DNA of 64,000 nucleotides from Candidatus Sysuimicrobium tengchongense. GTDB taxonomy: Bacteria; Sysuimicrobiota; Sysuimicrobiia; Sysuimicrobiales; Sysuimicrobiaceae. A program made the translations under genes and the position numbers. The stretch's first letter is position 1. Each line of letters begins with the position of its first letter. A model generated the notes under the pieces. That model saw only the letters and a list, made by a program, of their open reading frames with translations. It was not told where the DNA came from and ran no database searches. The stretch is taken from positions 403,021 through 467,020 of the forward strand of contig JAVKGW010000001.1 of assembly GCA_031460175.1 (NCBI GenBank). Reading direction: 5' to 3'. Shown here piece by piece: positions 9,648 through 18,590 of this stretch.

Positions 9648-10641
9648 CTTCGTGGACGAAGACCTGGTGTGGATCCGGATCCCGGTGCCGTTCCCCGTGG
9701 GTACCGTAAACAGCTACCTCGTGCGCACGGCCTCCGGAGCCCTCCTGATCGACGCGGGGATCTGCACCCCTCAGGCCCTGGAGGCGGTGGAGGAGGCTCT
9801 GGACACCGCGGGGGTCCCGCCGGAGGCCCTCCGGGCCATCGTGCTCACGCACGCGCACCCCGACCACATCGGCCTCGCGGGGCACATCCAGCAGCGGACG
9901 GGAGCCCCCATCTTCCTCTCGCGGAAGGAAGCCGAGACCGCGCGGAGGGTGTGGATGGGTCCCCTGGAGGAACGGCTCAGGACCGTGGCGGAGCTGTACG
10001 CGGCCCACGGCATGCCCGAAGCCCTCATCCAGGAAGTGGTGCAGCGATCCCGAAGGGTTGCCGCACTGGTGGCCCCCTTCCAGGAGGTGCGCGCGCTCGG
10101 CGAAGGCGAGGACTTCGCCCTGGACGGGTTCTCGGCGCGCGTGTACAGCGTCCCGGGACACAGCGACGGACACATCGTCCTCCTGGATCCCCGGGGACGG
10201 ATGTTCTGCGGGGACCATGTGCTCCCCACCATCTCCCCCAACATCGCCCTGTACCCGGGCGCGAGCGAAAACCCCCTCCGGGACTACCTGGCCTCCCTGC
10301 GTAGGGTTCGAGACCTGCCGGTTCGCCTCGCCCTGCCGGGCCACGGGGACCCCTTCGCGGACTGGACCGGCCGCGTGGACTGGCTGCTGGATCACCACGC
10401 CCACCGCCTTGAGGCTATCCTGCGCGCGCTTCCCCGGGCGGGTGCGGCTGCCTACGAAGTGGCGCAGGAGATTTTCGGACCTGATCTCCGGCAGGAGGAA
10501 GCGGCCTTCGCCCTTGCGGAAACCCTGGCACACCTGGAGTGGCTCCGGGCGGAAGGGTACGTGGCCCGCACCGCAAACCACCGGATTCGATACCGACCCT
10601 TGCGGGAATCCGTGGGAATCCGTTTCCGTCCGGAAGAATGA
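9637..10641 (+). CDS. MBL-fold metallo-hydrolase
   Basis: THAHPDHIG metal-binding motif and SVPGHSDGH. The ORF-track frame 9193..10641 carries 148 aa of implausible basic leader, so I start at ATG 9637 (MTATFVDEDLVWIRIPVPFPVGTVNSYLV). Confidence 0.75.
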   Translation: MTATFVDEDLVWIRIPVPFPVGTVNSYLVRTASGALLIDAGICTPQALEAVEEALDTAGVPPEALRAIVLTHAHPDHIGLAGHIQQRTGAPIFLSRKEAETARRVWMGPLEERLRTVAELYAAHGMPEALIQEVVQRSRRVAALVAPFQEVRALGEGEDFALDGFSARVYSVPGHSDGHIVLLDPRGRMFCGDHVLPTISPNIALYPGASENPLRDYLASLRRVRDLPVRLALPGHGDPFADWTGRVDWLLDHHAHRLEAILRALPRAGAAAYEVAQEIFGPDLRQEEAAFALAETLAHLEWLRAEGYVARTANHRIRYRPLRESVGIRFRPEE

Positions 10642-10659
10642 AGAATAAGGAGGGGATGC

Positions 10660-11589
10660 ATGCCGAGGACGCAGGTGGTGGAGAGGGGCGTCGTGCTCCT
10701 GGACCTGGAGCTGGGCGGCACGCCCCAGGTGCTCGGCGCCTATCTCCTCCTGGACGGGGAGCCCGCCCTGGTGGAGGTCGGGCCATCCTCGTGTCTAGGA
10801 GCCCTTGAGGCGGGGCTCGCGGAGCACGGGCTGGCGGTCTCCGACCTCCGGGCCGTGGTGGTCACCCACATCCATCTCGACCACGCGGGGGCCGCGGGCG
10901 TCCTCGCCCGCCGCAACCCCCATCTCCGCGTCTACGTGCACCCCGTGGGCGCTCCGCATCTCGCCCATCCCGAGCGCCTGGTGCGCAGCGCGCACCGCCT
11001 GTACGGGGACCTCCTGGAGGCGCTTTGGGGGGAGGTGGCCCCGGTGCCTCCGGACCGCATCGTGGCGGTGCAGGACGGGGAACGTATCCGGGTGGGAGGT
11101 CGCATGCTCCGGGTCCTGAACACCCCCGGCCACGCCAACCACCACCACGTGTTCCTGGACGAGCGGACCGGGCTGATGTTCACGGGGGACGCGGCGGGTG
11201 TCTGCCTGCCGGGATGCTCCGTGGTGCGGCCACCCACGCCCCCACCGGAGCTGGACCTGGAGGTCTGGGATCGCACCCTGGACCGCATGCGGGAGATCGC
11301 GCCCCGGTGCCTGGCCCTCACCCACTTCGGCGTGCGGGACGATCCGGAGACGGTGCTCGAGGAGATGCGCCGGCGGCTGCGGGAGATGGCGGAGGTGCTG
11401 CGGCCCGGATGGGAGGCGGGGGAGGATGTAGAGCGGCTCACGGAGCGGCTCCGACGCTACCTGGACCCGGAGATCGAGGCCCGGTGTGGAGCCCAGACCG
11501 CGGCCCGACAGGAGACGGCCGCGAGCTACCGGCTCAACGTCCTGGGCTTTGTCCGCTATTTCGAGAAGACCCGATCGGCTTCCGGGTAA
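10660..11589 (+). CDS. MBL-fold metallo-hydrolase (second, tandem)
   Basis: THIHLDHAG, NTPGHANHH and the C-terminal helical domain are all paralogous to the upstream gene. Confidence 0.75.
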   Translation: MPRTQVVERGVVLLDLELGGTPQVLGAYLLLDGEPALVEVGPSSCLGALEAGLAEHGLAVSDLRAVVVTHIHLDHAGAAGVLARRNPHLRVYVHPVGAPHLAHPERLVRSAHRLYGDLLEALWGEVAPVPPDRIVAVQDGERIRVGGRMLRVLNTPGHANHHHVFLDERTGLMFTGDAAGVCLPGCSVVRPPTPPPELDLEVWDRTLDRMREIAPRCLALTHFGVRDDPETVLEEMRRRLREMAEVLRPGWEAGEDVERLTERLRRYLDPEIEARCGAQTAARQETAASYRLNVLGFVRYFEKTRSASG

Positions 11590-11906
11590 TGGGCGACGGT
11601 TCCTTGCTGCGGGATGGACAGCCCTCGGCGGAGGGTGCGGGGATGCGTGGGAGACACCGTCGGGGAATTCAGGAGGCCATCGCGGAGGCGCTGCGGACCG
11701 AGATCCTTCGGCAACCCCCTGGAGCGCGTCTGGCGTCCGTGGACGTGCTGGCGGCCCGGTTCGGCGCAAGCCCCAAGACCGTGGTGGCCGCACTGCAGGC
11801 CCTCGCCCGGGAGGGGCTCGTGGTGATCCGGCCGCGGGTGGGCGTGTTCGTGGCGGGTCAGGCTGCGAATTCCGGGATCAGTTCCTCCAGCACATCCTCC
11901 AGCTGA
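11589..11906 (+). CDS. Mini GntR-family HTH protein (HTH only, ~105 aa)
   Basis: The TAATG stop/start overlap with the preceding MBL gene supports this start. The GntR HTH consensus is present (IAEALRTEILRQPPGARLASVDVLAARFGASPKTVVAALQALAREGLVVIRPRVGVFVA). There is no effector domain. The 3' end overlaps the convergent epimerase gene by ~48 nt. Confidence 0.5.
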   Translation: MGDGSLLRDGQPSAEGAGMRGRHRRGIQEAIAEALRTEILRQPPGARLASVDVLAARFGASPKTVVAALQALAREGLVVIRPRVGVFVAGQAANSGISSSSTSSS

Positions 11907-12832
11907 CGTGCGGGTTCGTACCCAAGCTCCTGCCGGGCCCGCGCGATGCAGAAGTGGTGCGGAGCGCACATGGCCTGGAAGTTCTCCGGGGTCAGCAGCT
12001 CCCGTCCCGGGACCCGGAGCAGTTCTCCGAGCGCCCGCAGGACGACCGCCCCGGGTCGGACCAGGAAGCGGGGCACGGACACCACGCGTACCCGGACGCC
12101 CAGGGCCCGGGCCCCGAGCTCCAGGAGCCCCCGGAGGGTCCTGCGCCTCCCGTCTGTGATGTTGTAGGCACGGCCTGCCGCGTGTGGGGCCGTGGCCGCC
12201 AGCAGGTGGGCTCTCGCCACATCCTCCACGTGCACGAGATCCACGGGCACGGTCCCTCCCTCCACCACGGGGAACCACCCGCCCCGCAGGACGGAGATCG
12301 CGGTGGGCAAGAAGTAGGGATCTCCAGGTCCGTACACAAAGCAGGGTCGCAGGATCACCACCGGGAGTCCGTGCTCCGCCATGTACCGCAGGCAGAGCGC
12401 TTCCGCCCGCACCTTGGATTCCCCATAGGGGCCGCTGGGGTGTGGCGGCGTGTCCTCGTCCGCCCCTTCCGGCGCGGCCTCCCCGTACACCGCCACGGAG
12501 CTCGTGAACACCACCCGCCCGATCCCCGCGGCCGCCGCGGCCCGCAGGACGTTCTCCGTCCCGTCCACGTTCACGCGGAACAGGGTCTGCGCATCCGCGT
12601 TCGGGCCTAGGGCCGCGGCCACGTGGAACACCGCATCGCACCCCTCACACGCCCGCGTGAGGGCGGGGAGGTCTTCCAGGGTCCCGAAGATCACTTCCGC
12701 TCCCACCGCGCGCAGGCGCGCGGGATCCCGACCGGGCCGTACAAGCCCCCGCACCCGCCACCCGTGGGCCCGAAGAAGTGACACGAGGTGGCTCCCGATG
12801 AACCCCGTGGATCCTGTCACGAAGGCCAGCAT
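11858..12832 (-). CDS. NAD-dependent epimerase/dehydratase (SDR family)
   Basis: Rossmann motif TGSTGFIGSHL and the YxxxK catalytic motif (PYGESK) in a 324-aa protein. Confidence 0.85.
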   Translation of the reverse strand: MLAFVTGSTGFIGSHLVSLLRAHGWRVRGLVRPGRDPARLRAVGAEVIFGTLEDLPALTRACEGCDAVFHVAAALGPNADAQTLFRVNVDGTENVLRAAAAAGIGRVVFTSSVAVYGEAAPEGADEDTPPHPSGPYGESKVRAEALCLRYMAEHGLPVVILRPCFVYGPGDPYFLPTAISVLRGGWFPVVEGGTVPVDLVHVEDVARAHLLAATAPHAAGRAYNITDGRRRTLRGLLELGARALGVRVRVVSVPRFLVRPGAVVLRALGELLRVPGRELLTPENFQAMCAPHHFCIARARQELGYEPARQLEDVLEELIPEFAA

Positions 12833-12868
12833 CCAGAGAACGATCTTACCGGACGGACCGGCCTCCCG

Positions 12869-13899
12869 TCAGTACAGTTCCCGCCGGAGGCGGTCCGCGA
12901 GGATCCATCGATCCCCGGCCCGCCGGACCATTCCCATGCGCTCGAACCTCCCCAGCCACCTGTTCACGCTCTCCCGGGTGGCCCCGATGAGGTGGGCGAG
13001 TTCCGTCTGGGAGAGCCGGGGGCAGAGCACGGTACCGTCATCTTGCCGCTCTCCCTGCTCGACCCCTAGCCGGAGCAGGATCCGCACCAGGCGCCCCCGC
13101 ACGTCGAGGAACGCGGCGTCGCGCACCTGCAGGTCGGCAGCCTGAAGCCGCTGGCCCAGCAGGTGGATCAAGCGCAGGGCGACCTCGGGTCGCTGCCGGA
13201 GCCAGCCGACCAGATCCTCGCGGGCTACGAACAGCACCACGCAGTCGTCCTGCGCCACGCCGTCCGCCGAGCGCACTCCGCCATCGAGCACGGGGACTTC
13301 TCCCACGACCTCGCCCGGGCCCAGCAAGGCCAGGGTCCGCTCCCTTCCGTCCGTGGAGGTGAAGCCCACCCTCACCCGTCCCCGCTCCACGAGGTAGACG
13401 CCGGTGGCGGGGTCGCCCTCCCGGAAGATCACCTCGCCCCGGTGGTACAGCCGCCGCCGCACCGCGCCCGCCAAGGGGGCCAGTTCCGCTGCGGTATACC
13501 CGGCGAACAGCGGCAGGCGCGCCAGCTCGGGCTCCCCGGCCGTACCGGGCGGGGCGGCCTTGACCGGTCCCGCCTCGTGCGGCTCCTGCTGGTGCGCGTT
13601 CTGCAGCCCGAAGACCGCCAGCATCCCCTCCCCCAGGAGGTTTGACACCGGGACGCCGCACCGTTCCACGACCCGACGCGCGAGGTCGTAGAACTGCCCC
13701 AGGAGCCCGCGCCCGTCTTCCGGCTCACCGGCGGCCTTGCCGGTGTTGCGGTCGGCGAGCACCACGGTGACCACGCTGTGACTGGAGGCGGACGTCCCGG
13801 CCAGCGTCCGGGCGGTCCCGCAGTAGGGACAGAACTTCGCGCCGGCGGGAACCAGCAGCCGCTGACAGGTCAGGCAGACCCTCGCCTTCCTCCTCATCC
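12869..13899 (-). CDS. CRP/FNR-family regulator with N-terminal zinc ribbon + truncated nucleotidyl-cyclase-like segment
   Basis: Start taken at the internal ATG (MRRKARVCLTCQ...). The domains are CxxC...CPYC, then VTVVLADRNTG...GEGMLAVFG (resembling class III cyclase beta1..beta3), then a cNMP-binding beta-barrel and a C-terminal CRP HTH (RLSQTELAHLIGATRESVNRWL). Confidence 0.75.
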
Positions 13900-13987
13900 C
13901 CACCCCCGGATGGTCCGCCCGCACCATCCATCTGATGCAAGCGTACCACGAAGGCGGGCCGGTGTCAGCGCGGCCCCGCCGGCTCCC

Positions 13988-14003
13988 TGTGACGCAGTTC
14001 ACC
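13988..14003. promoter_or_regulatory. CRP/FNR-type box TGTGA-N6-TCACc
   Basis: tgtgacgcagttcacc lies in the 189-bp divergent intergenic region between the CRP-family gene (minus) and the ABM gene (plus). Confidence 0.4.
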
Positions 14004-14088
14004 TCGCCGCGGTGGCCTGGCTCACTGCAGCCCGCGCGAGCACCCGCTACCGTGATCTGCGACGCTTCGTTCCAGGAGGAAGACACAC

Positions 14089-14355
14089 ATGGCCGTCATG
14101 GTGACCGCCGACGTTCCGGGTCAAACCCAGGAAGGGTACGAGGAGACCATCCGGCTCCTCGGCCGCGCCCTCCGGGAGGCTCCGGGCTTCATCATGCACT
14201 TCGGCTACCCCATCGAGGGCGGCTGGCGCGTGGTGGAGGTCTGGGAGTCGTCGAAGGACGCCGCAGAGTGGTTCGCCCGCCACGTCCGCCCCAATCTCCC
14301 TGCGGACCTCCAGCCCCAGCGTCGGGTGCAGGAGCTCCACACCCTCATCCGATGA
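14089..14355 (+). CDS. ABM/Dabb-type small monooxygenase-like protein
   Basis: 88 aa with a ferredoxin-like fold signature and an AGGAGGAAG Shine-Dalgarno. Confidence 0.6.
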   Translation: MAVMVTADVPGQTQEGYEETIRLLGRALREAPGFIMHFGYPIEGGWRVVEVWESSKDAAEWFARHVRPNLPADLQPQRRVQELHTLIR

Positions 14356-14525
14356 TGCGCCGGACGGACAAGTCTCGGTCGAGGGCCGGCAACGCCACCC
14401 GCCCCGTGGTCTGGACAACGATCATCATGATAAGCGACATGGGGTAGTCGCCTCACCGGCTGACGTGCTCCCCTGGGGGCATTCTGGGGAGGAAAGTCGA
14501 GACCTATTGTAAAGGAGAGACCTCT

Positions 14526-15245
14526 ATGCTTGAGTGGCAAACTCGACGGGATACCGTGGCACTCGCCATCGCTGGTGCCATCCTCACGCTGGTCCTCAAT
14601 GCGCTACATCCGCACCCGAGCGACCCCACGCCTGAGGCGTTCTTGCGCCTGGTGGCGGCGCACCCCTACTGGGTCACGCTCCACCTGGGGCTCAGCCTGG
14701 GGATTCTACTCATCGTGGGCGCGCTGGCGGGCCTCACGGACGCCCTGCGGGAGACGCCTGGCGCGCGCCTAGCGCGCTTCGGCCTTCTGACTGTGCTGTT
14801 GGGCGCCTCTCTGTTTCTGGTCAACTTCGCCATCGACGGGATCGCTATGCAGGGCATTGCCCGCGCGTGGACCGGGGCTGCGCCAGCCGAGCAGGTAACA
14901 GCCTTGCGGATCGCCGACGCGCTTGACCGCGCGAACTTCGGCCTCTACACGTTTGAGACCATGCTGCTGCCGGGGCTGCCTTTCGTCCTGTACGGGCTCG
15001 CGGTCGTACGCAGTGGCAGCTATCCGAGGCTGCTGGGCTGGGTCGGTGTCCTAGGCGGCAGCGTGTCCTTGGCCGCCGGACTGCTGCAGGCGTACACCGG
15101 TCGCTCACCGCTGGCCAGCGTACTCTTCGTGGGCGGCTCGATGCTGGTCACGCTGTGGATGCTGATGCTCGGAGTCGCGATGTGGCGCCTCGCGGGGCGA
15201 TCATCCACCGCAGTTGAACCGGCGGCGCTTGTTGGGCCAGGATGA
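14526..15245 (+). CDS. DUF4386-like integral membrane protein
   Basis: 239 aa with 6 TM helices, an AAAGGAGAG Shine-Dalgarno, and codon usage much less GC3-biased than its neighbours. Confidence 0.6.
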   Translation: MLEWQTRRDTVALAIAGAILTLVLNALHPHPSDPTPEAFLRLVAAHPYWVTLHLGLSLGILLIVGALAGLTDALRETPGARLARFGLLTVLLGASLFLVNFAIDGIAMQGIARAWTGAAPAEQVTALRIADALDRANFGLYTFETMLLPGLPFVLYGLAVVRSGSYPRLLGWVGVLGGSVSLAAGLLQAYTGRSPLASVLFVGGSMLVTLWMLMLGVAMWRLAGRSSTAVEPAALVGPG

Positions 15246-15323
15246 CAATGACCCCCGGCTTCTCGACCGCACCGTTAGGCCACGGGCGGATCGTAGGGTC
15301 ATCTGGTGTGAGGGAGCTGCGAC

Positions 15324-15875
15324 ATGGCACAGATCGGACAGGAGATCGTCAACCCCCGGACCGGGCAACGCGTCCGGTTCGTCGAAACGGCGGATGCGTC
15401 CGGCGGTGCGCGGCTCGTCCTCGAGTGCGTGAGCCCGCCCAGCGCGGAACGGGAGCCCGAGCATGTCCACCCCTACCAGACCAATCGGTTCGCGGTGCGT
15501 CGCGGCGCGCTCCGTTTTCGCATTGCCGGTCTGGAGCGCGTCGTGGCCGCCGGCGAGGAAGTGAGCATCCCGCCGGACACGCCGCACCATTTCTGGGTCG
15601 AGGGCAGCGAGCCCGCCGAATACCGGCAGGAATTCGAGCCGGCCCTGAACACGGAAAGCTTCTTCGAGGCCCTCTTCGGCCTCGCCCAGGCCGGGCGGTT
15701 GAGCCGCAGCGGGATGCCGCCGGTCCTGCTCCTCGGCGTGTTCGGACAGAGGTTCTGGCCGACCGTGCGCCTCACGCGGCCCCCGAGTTGGGTCCAGCGG
15801 TTCACGTTTGCCGTGCTGGGGCCGCTCGGCCGGTTGCTCGGCCAGCGCTTGCCCTCGGCTCGGGATAACGGGTGA
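15324..15875 (+). CDS. Cupin-domain protein
   Basis: Cupin motifs (HVHPYQTNRFAV...G..V.IPPDTPHHF) in a 183-aa protein. Confidence 0.65.
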   Translation: MAQIGQEIVNPRTGQRVRFVETADASGGARLVLECVSPPSAEREPEHVHPYQTNRFAVRRGALRFRIAGLERVVAAGEEVSIPPDTPHHFWVEGSEPAEYRQEFEPALNTESFFEALFGLAQAGRLSRSGMPPVLLLGVFGQRFWPTVRLTRPPSWVQRFTFAVLGPLGRLLGQRLPSARDNG

Positions 15876-15973
15876 AGTGCGGAACTGAGGCACCCGTTCG
15901 AACGGGGCGAACCGCGGCCTGAAAAGCATTAGGTGGCGCCGGACAAGGGGAACCTCGGCCAAAGGAGCCTGTC

Positions 15974-16489
15974 ATGGACCAATCGCAGACGGCAGCCACG
16001 TTCCACTGGGCAACGCCACTCGGGGTGAGTGTGATTTGCTTTCTGGTGTCGGGAGTTGTCCATCTCTTGATCGGGATCCTCACGCCGATCTTCGTCAACT
16101 CACAATTCGGACGTAGCGCCATCTTCATCTCGCAGCGAACCGACAGCCAGCTCTTCCGGGCAGCGCCATCCGACCTGCTCGACAGGAACAAGGAGCTGGC
16201 GACGTTCCGCACGCTCTTCTTGACCAACGCGGGCGGGTCCCTGGTCATCATTGGCCTCTTCATCGTGTCCCTCGCATGGTTCGGCCTTCGCCAGCACCAG
16301 GTGTGGGCGTTCGTAACCCTCGTTCTGGCGGGACTGGTCGTTCTCCCCTACTGGTTTCTCGTTTTCAAGCCCTACCTGAACGCGGGCATCTCCATTCGGT
16401 TCGCCGACCTTCCGCCGATCTTTTGGATACCAACTCTCGTCCTGCTCCCGGGGATCATCTTCGGTTGGCTCGGCCTGCGCTCCTCTTGA
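15974..16489 (+). CDS. Hypothetical 4-TM membrane protein
   Basis: 171 aa with an AAAGGAGCC Shine-Dalgarno and atypically low GC. Confidence 0.5.
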   Translation: MDQSQTAATFHWATPLGVSVICFLVSGVVHLLIGILTPIFVNSQFGRSAIFISQRTDSQLFRAAPSDLLDRNKELATFRTLFLTNAGGSLVIIGLFIVSLAWFGLRQHQVWAFVTLVLAGLVVLPYWFLVFKPYLNAGISIRFADLPPIFWIPTLVLLPGIIFGWLGLRSS

Positions 16490-16753
16490 GCCACATTGAC
16501 CGGCAAGGCGAACTGGCGGGTGAAGCGCAGTGAGTACGAGCATCACAAAACCGGGCCAGGCGGAGTGGAGCACCGTCTTCTACCAGGGCATCCACGCCCC
16601 CTACCTGCACAGCGGCGACCGGCGCAGCGAGCAGGCTACCGTCCGGCCTAGGCGGGGAAGTGCGGCCGTTCACACCGTGGCCGTGACCGGTTTTATATCC
16701 ACCGGCCGGCCCGCACAGTACCCTGAAGGAACGCCGCCGTAGAGGAGGTCACG

Positions 16754-17182
16754 GTGCCGTCTCGGGACGAACAGGCCATCTACCGGGAGGTCGAGGCGTT
16801 CTCCCGTGCGTGGAACGCCGCGGACGCCGACACCCTCGCCGCCTTCTTCACCGAGGACGCGGTTCGGGTGGGTGCGTTCGGGGACGTCCAGCACGGCCGC
16901 GGGCAAATCGCCGCGGCCTTCCGACACCTCCTGCAGGAGCGCATGGCGGGGGCCACCGTCCAGCAGGAACAGGGGACGGTACGCATGCTCTCCCCAGAGA
17001 TCGCCGTCTGGCAAGGCGGGATCCAGATCCGCCTCCCCGGGGGGACGCTGCTTCAGGGACACGCGGTCCAGGTCATGAGACGGGTGGGCGACCGCTGGCT
17101 CATCGTGGAAGCCCACCCCAAGCTCTTCCCGACAGCCCCGGAGGTGCCGGGGCCGTCTTTCACTCCGCACGAGCGGGCCTGA
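16754..17182 (+). CDS. NTF2-like / SgcJ-EcaC (DUF4440) family protein
   Basis: 142 aa with family motifs (AIYREVEAFSRAWNAADADTLAAFFTEDAV...HGRGQIAAAF...DRWLIVEAH). GTG start with a GAGGAGG Shine-Dalgarno. Confidence 0.65.
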   Translation: MPSRDEQAIYREVEAFSRAWNAADADTLAAFFTEDAVRVGAFGDVQHGRGQIAAAFRHLLQERMAGATVQQEQGTVRMLSPEIAVWQGGIQIRLPGGTLLQGHAVQVMRRVGDRWLIVEAHPKLFPTAPEVPGPSFTPHERA

Positions 17183-17204
17183 CGACAGAGAGGAGAGAAG
17201 CGCG

Positions 17205-17621
17205 ATGAGCGATGCGACGGGCACCATGCGGGAGTACCTGGAAGCCGTCTCCCGCCGGGACTTCGAGGGAATCCGCCGGCTGCTCCACCCGAAGTACTCG
17301 TACGCGGGCTCCGACGGCCAGCGCCTGGACGGGCCCGAGGCGGGCGTCGCCGTGGCCCGGATGTACACGGCCGCGTTCCCCGACCTCACCTTGGACGTCA
17401 CCCGCATGCACGCCGTGGGCGACAGCGTGGTGGTCACGGAGTTCACCGCCCGCGGCACCCACCGAGGGGAGCTCATGGGCGTCGCGCCCACGGGGCGGAG
17501 GATCGAGGTCCCGGTGTGCAACGTGGTGGACGTGCAGGACGGCAAGATCCTCGCGGAGCGCGAGTACTTCGACACGGGACTCCTGCACCAGCAGCTCGGC
17601 CTGGCCGGCCGGACCGCGTAG
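17205..17621 (+). CDS. SnoaL-like ester/polyketide cyclase family protein
   Basis: 138 aa with family motifs (REYLEAVSRRDFEGIRRLLHP...EREYFDTGLL) and a GAGGAGAGAAG Shine-Dalgarno. Confidence 0.65.
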   Translation: MSDATGTMREYLEAVSRRDFEGIRRLLHPKYSYAGSDGQRLDGPEAGVAVARMYTAAFPDLTLDVTRMHAVGDSVVVTEFTARGTHRGELMGVAPTGRRIEVPVCNVVDVQDGKILAEREYFDTGLLHQQLGLAGRTA

Positions 17622-17966
17622 GAAGAGCCACCGGGAGGGCCGCACACGGGGGTGTGGGGTGACGCACTGGTCCTTGCTCCCAGAGCTGGCGAGACAGCGC
17701 ATGAGTCAGCAGCTCGCGGACGCGGAGGCCGCCCGCAGGGCCCGGCTGGCAGAAAGGGCCAGGCAGGGGAAAGGCGGGAACGGTCCGGGCCGGAGGGTGG
17801 CCGTGGCCGCGTGGGGTGCGGTGCTGGCGTGGGCGGCGCGGTTGGGCATGTCCTGGGCACGCTCGTCCGCGCTCTTCAGGGGGACGAAACCGAACTGAAG
17901 CCGGTGGATCAATTGGCGAGGGGAAGGAACCGACAGAACGCAAGACACAACACACGGGGGTGAGCG

Positions 17967-18590
17967 ATGGGTCAAGCAGCTCGCTGGCAAATCTCCGGCG
18001 AGTACTTCGAGAACTGCTCGTGCGACGTGGTCTGCCCCTGCGAGGTCTCGCCCCTGGGCTTCATGCAGGCGCGGCCGGACCAGGGCCACTGCAACGTGTA
18101 CCTGGTCTTCCACGTGAGGGAAGGGGCCTACGGCGGGACCCGGCTGGACGGGCTGAACGCCGTGGTCGCGATCCACGCCCCCGGTCCCATGGCGCAGGGG
18201 GACTGGACCGTGGCCGCCTACCTGGACGCCCGCGCCTCCGCCGCCCAGCAGGAGGCCCTGGGCGCCATCTTCTCCGGGAGCGCGGGAGGGCCCCTGAGCG
18301 CCGTCGTGCCCCTCATCACGAAGAACCTGGGGGCCAAGGTGGTGCCCATCGAGTACCGGAACGAGGGCCGCAAGCGCAGCGCCCGCATCGGCGGGATCCT
18401 GGAGGCCGTGGTGCAGGCGGTGCCCGGCGCGAACCCGGAGGAAGAAGTGGTGAAGCGCAACGTGCACCCCATGTTCCCGGAGCTCGTACAGGCCACCGGG
18501 TTGGTGAGCCGGTACACGGACCACGGCCTGCAGTGGGACCACATGGGCAAGAACGCGGACTACGCGGCCTTCCGGTGGACCGGGCCGTGA
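17967..18590 (+). CDS. DUF1326 domain protein
   Basis: N-terminal Cys cluster typical of DUF1326 (W.ISGEYFENCSCDVVCPCE) in a 207-aa protein. Confidence 0.7.
   Translation: MGQAARWQISGEYFENCSCDVVCPCEVSPLGFMQARPDQGHCNVYLVFHVREGAYGGTRLDGLNAVVAIHAPGPMAQGDWTVAAYLDARASAAQQEALGAIFSGSAGGPLSAVVPLITKNLGAKVVPIEYRNEGRKRSARIGGILEAVVQAVPGANPEEEVVKRNVHPMFPELVQATGLVSRYTDHGLQWDHMGKNADYAAFRWTGP

Noticed and set aside
16530-16742. 70-aa plus-strand ORF in the 264-bp gap before the NTF2-like gene
   Set aside because: It has no Shine-Dalgarno, no recognisable fold and no compositional support. The gap more likely holds the promoter or leader of the NTF2-like gene.
17212-17898. 228-aa plus-strand ORF
   Set aside because: It overlaps the SnoaL-like gene out of frame for most of its length. 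Only its last 66 codons (from ATG ~17701) are considered, as a low-confidence micro-ORF.
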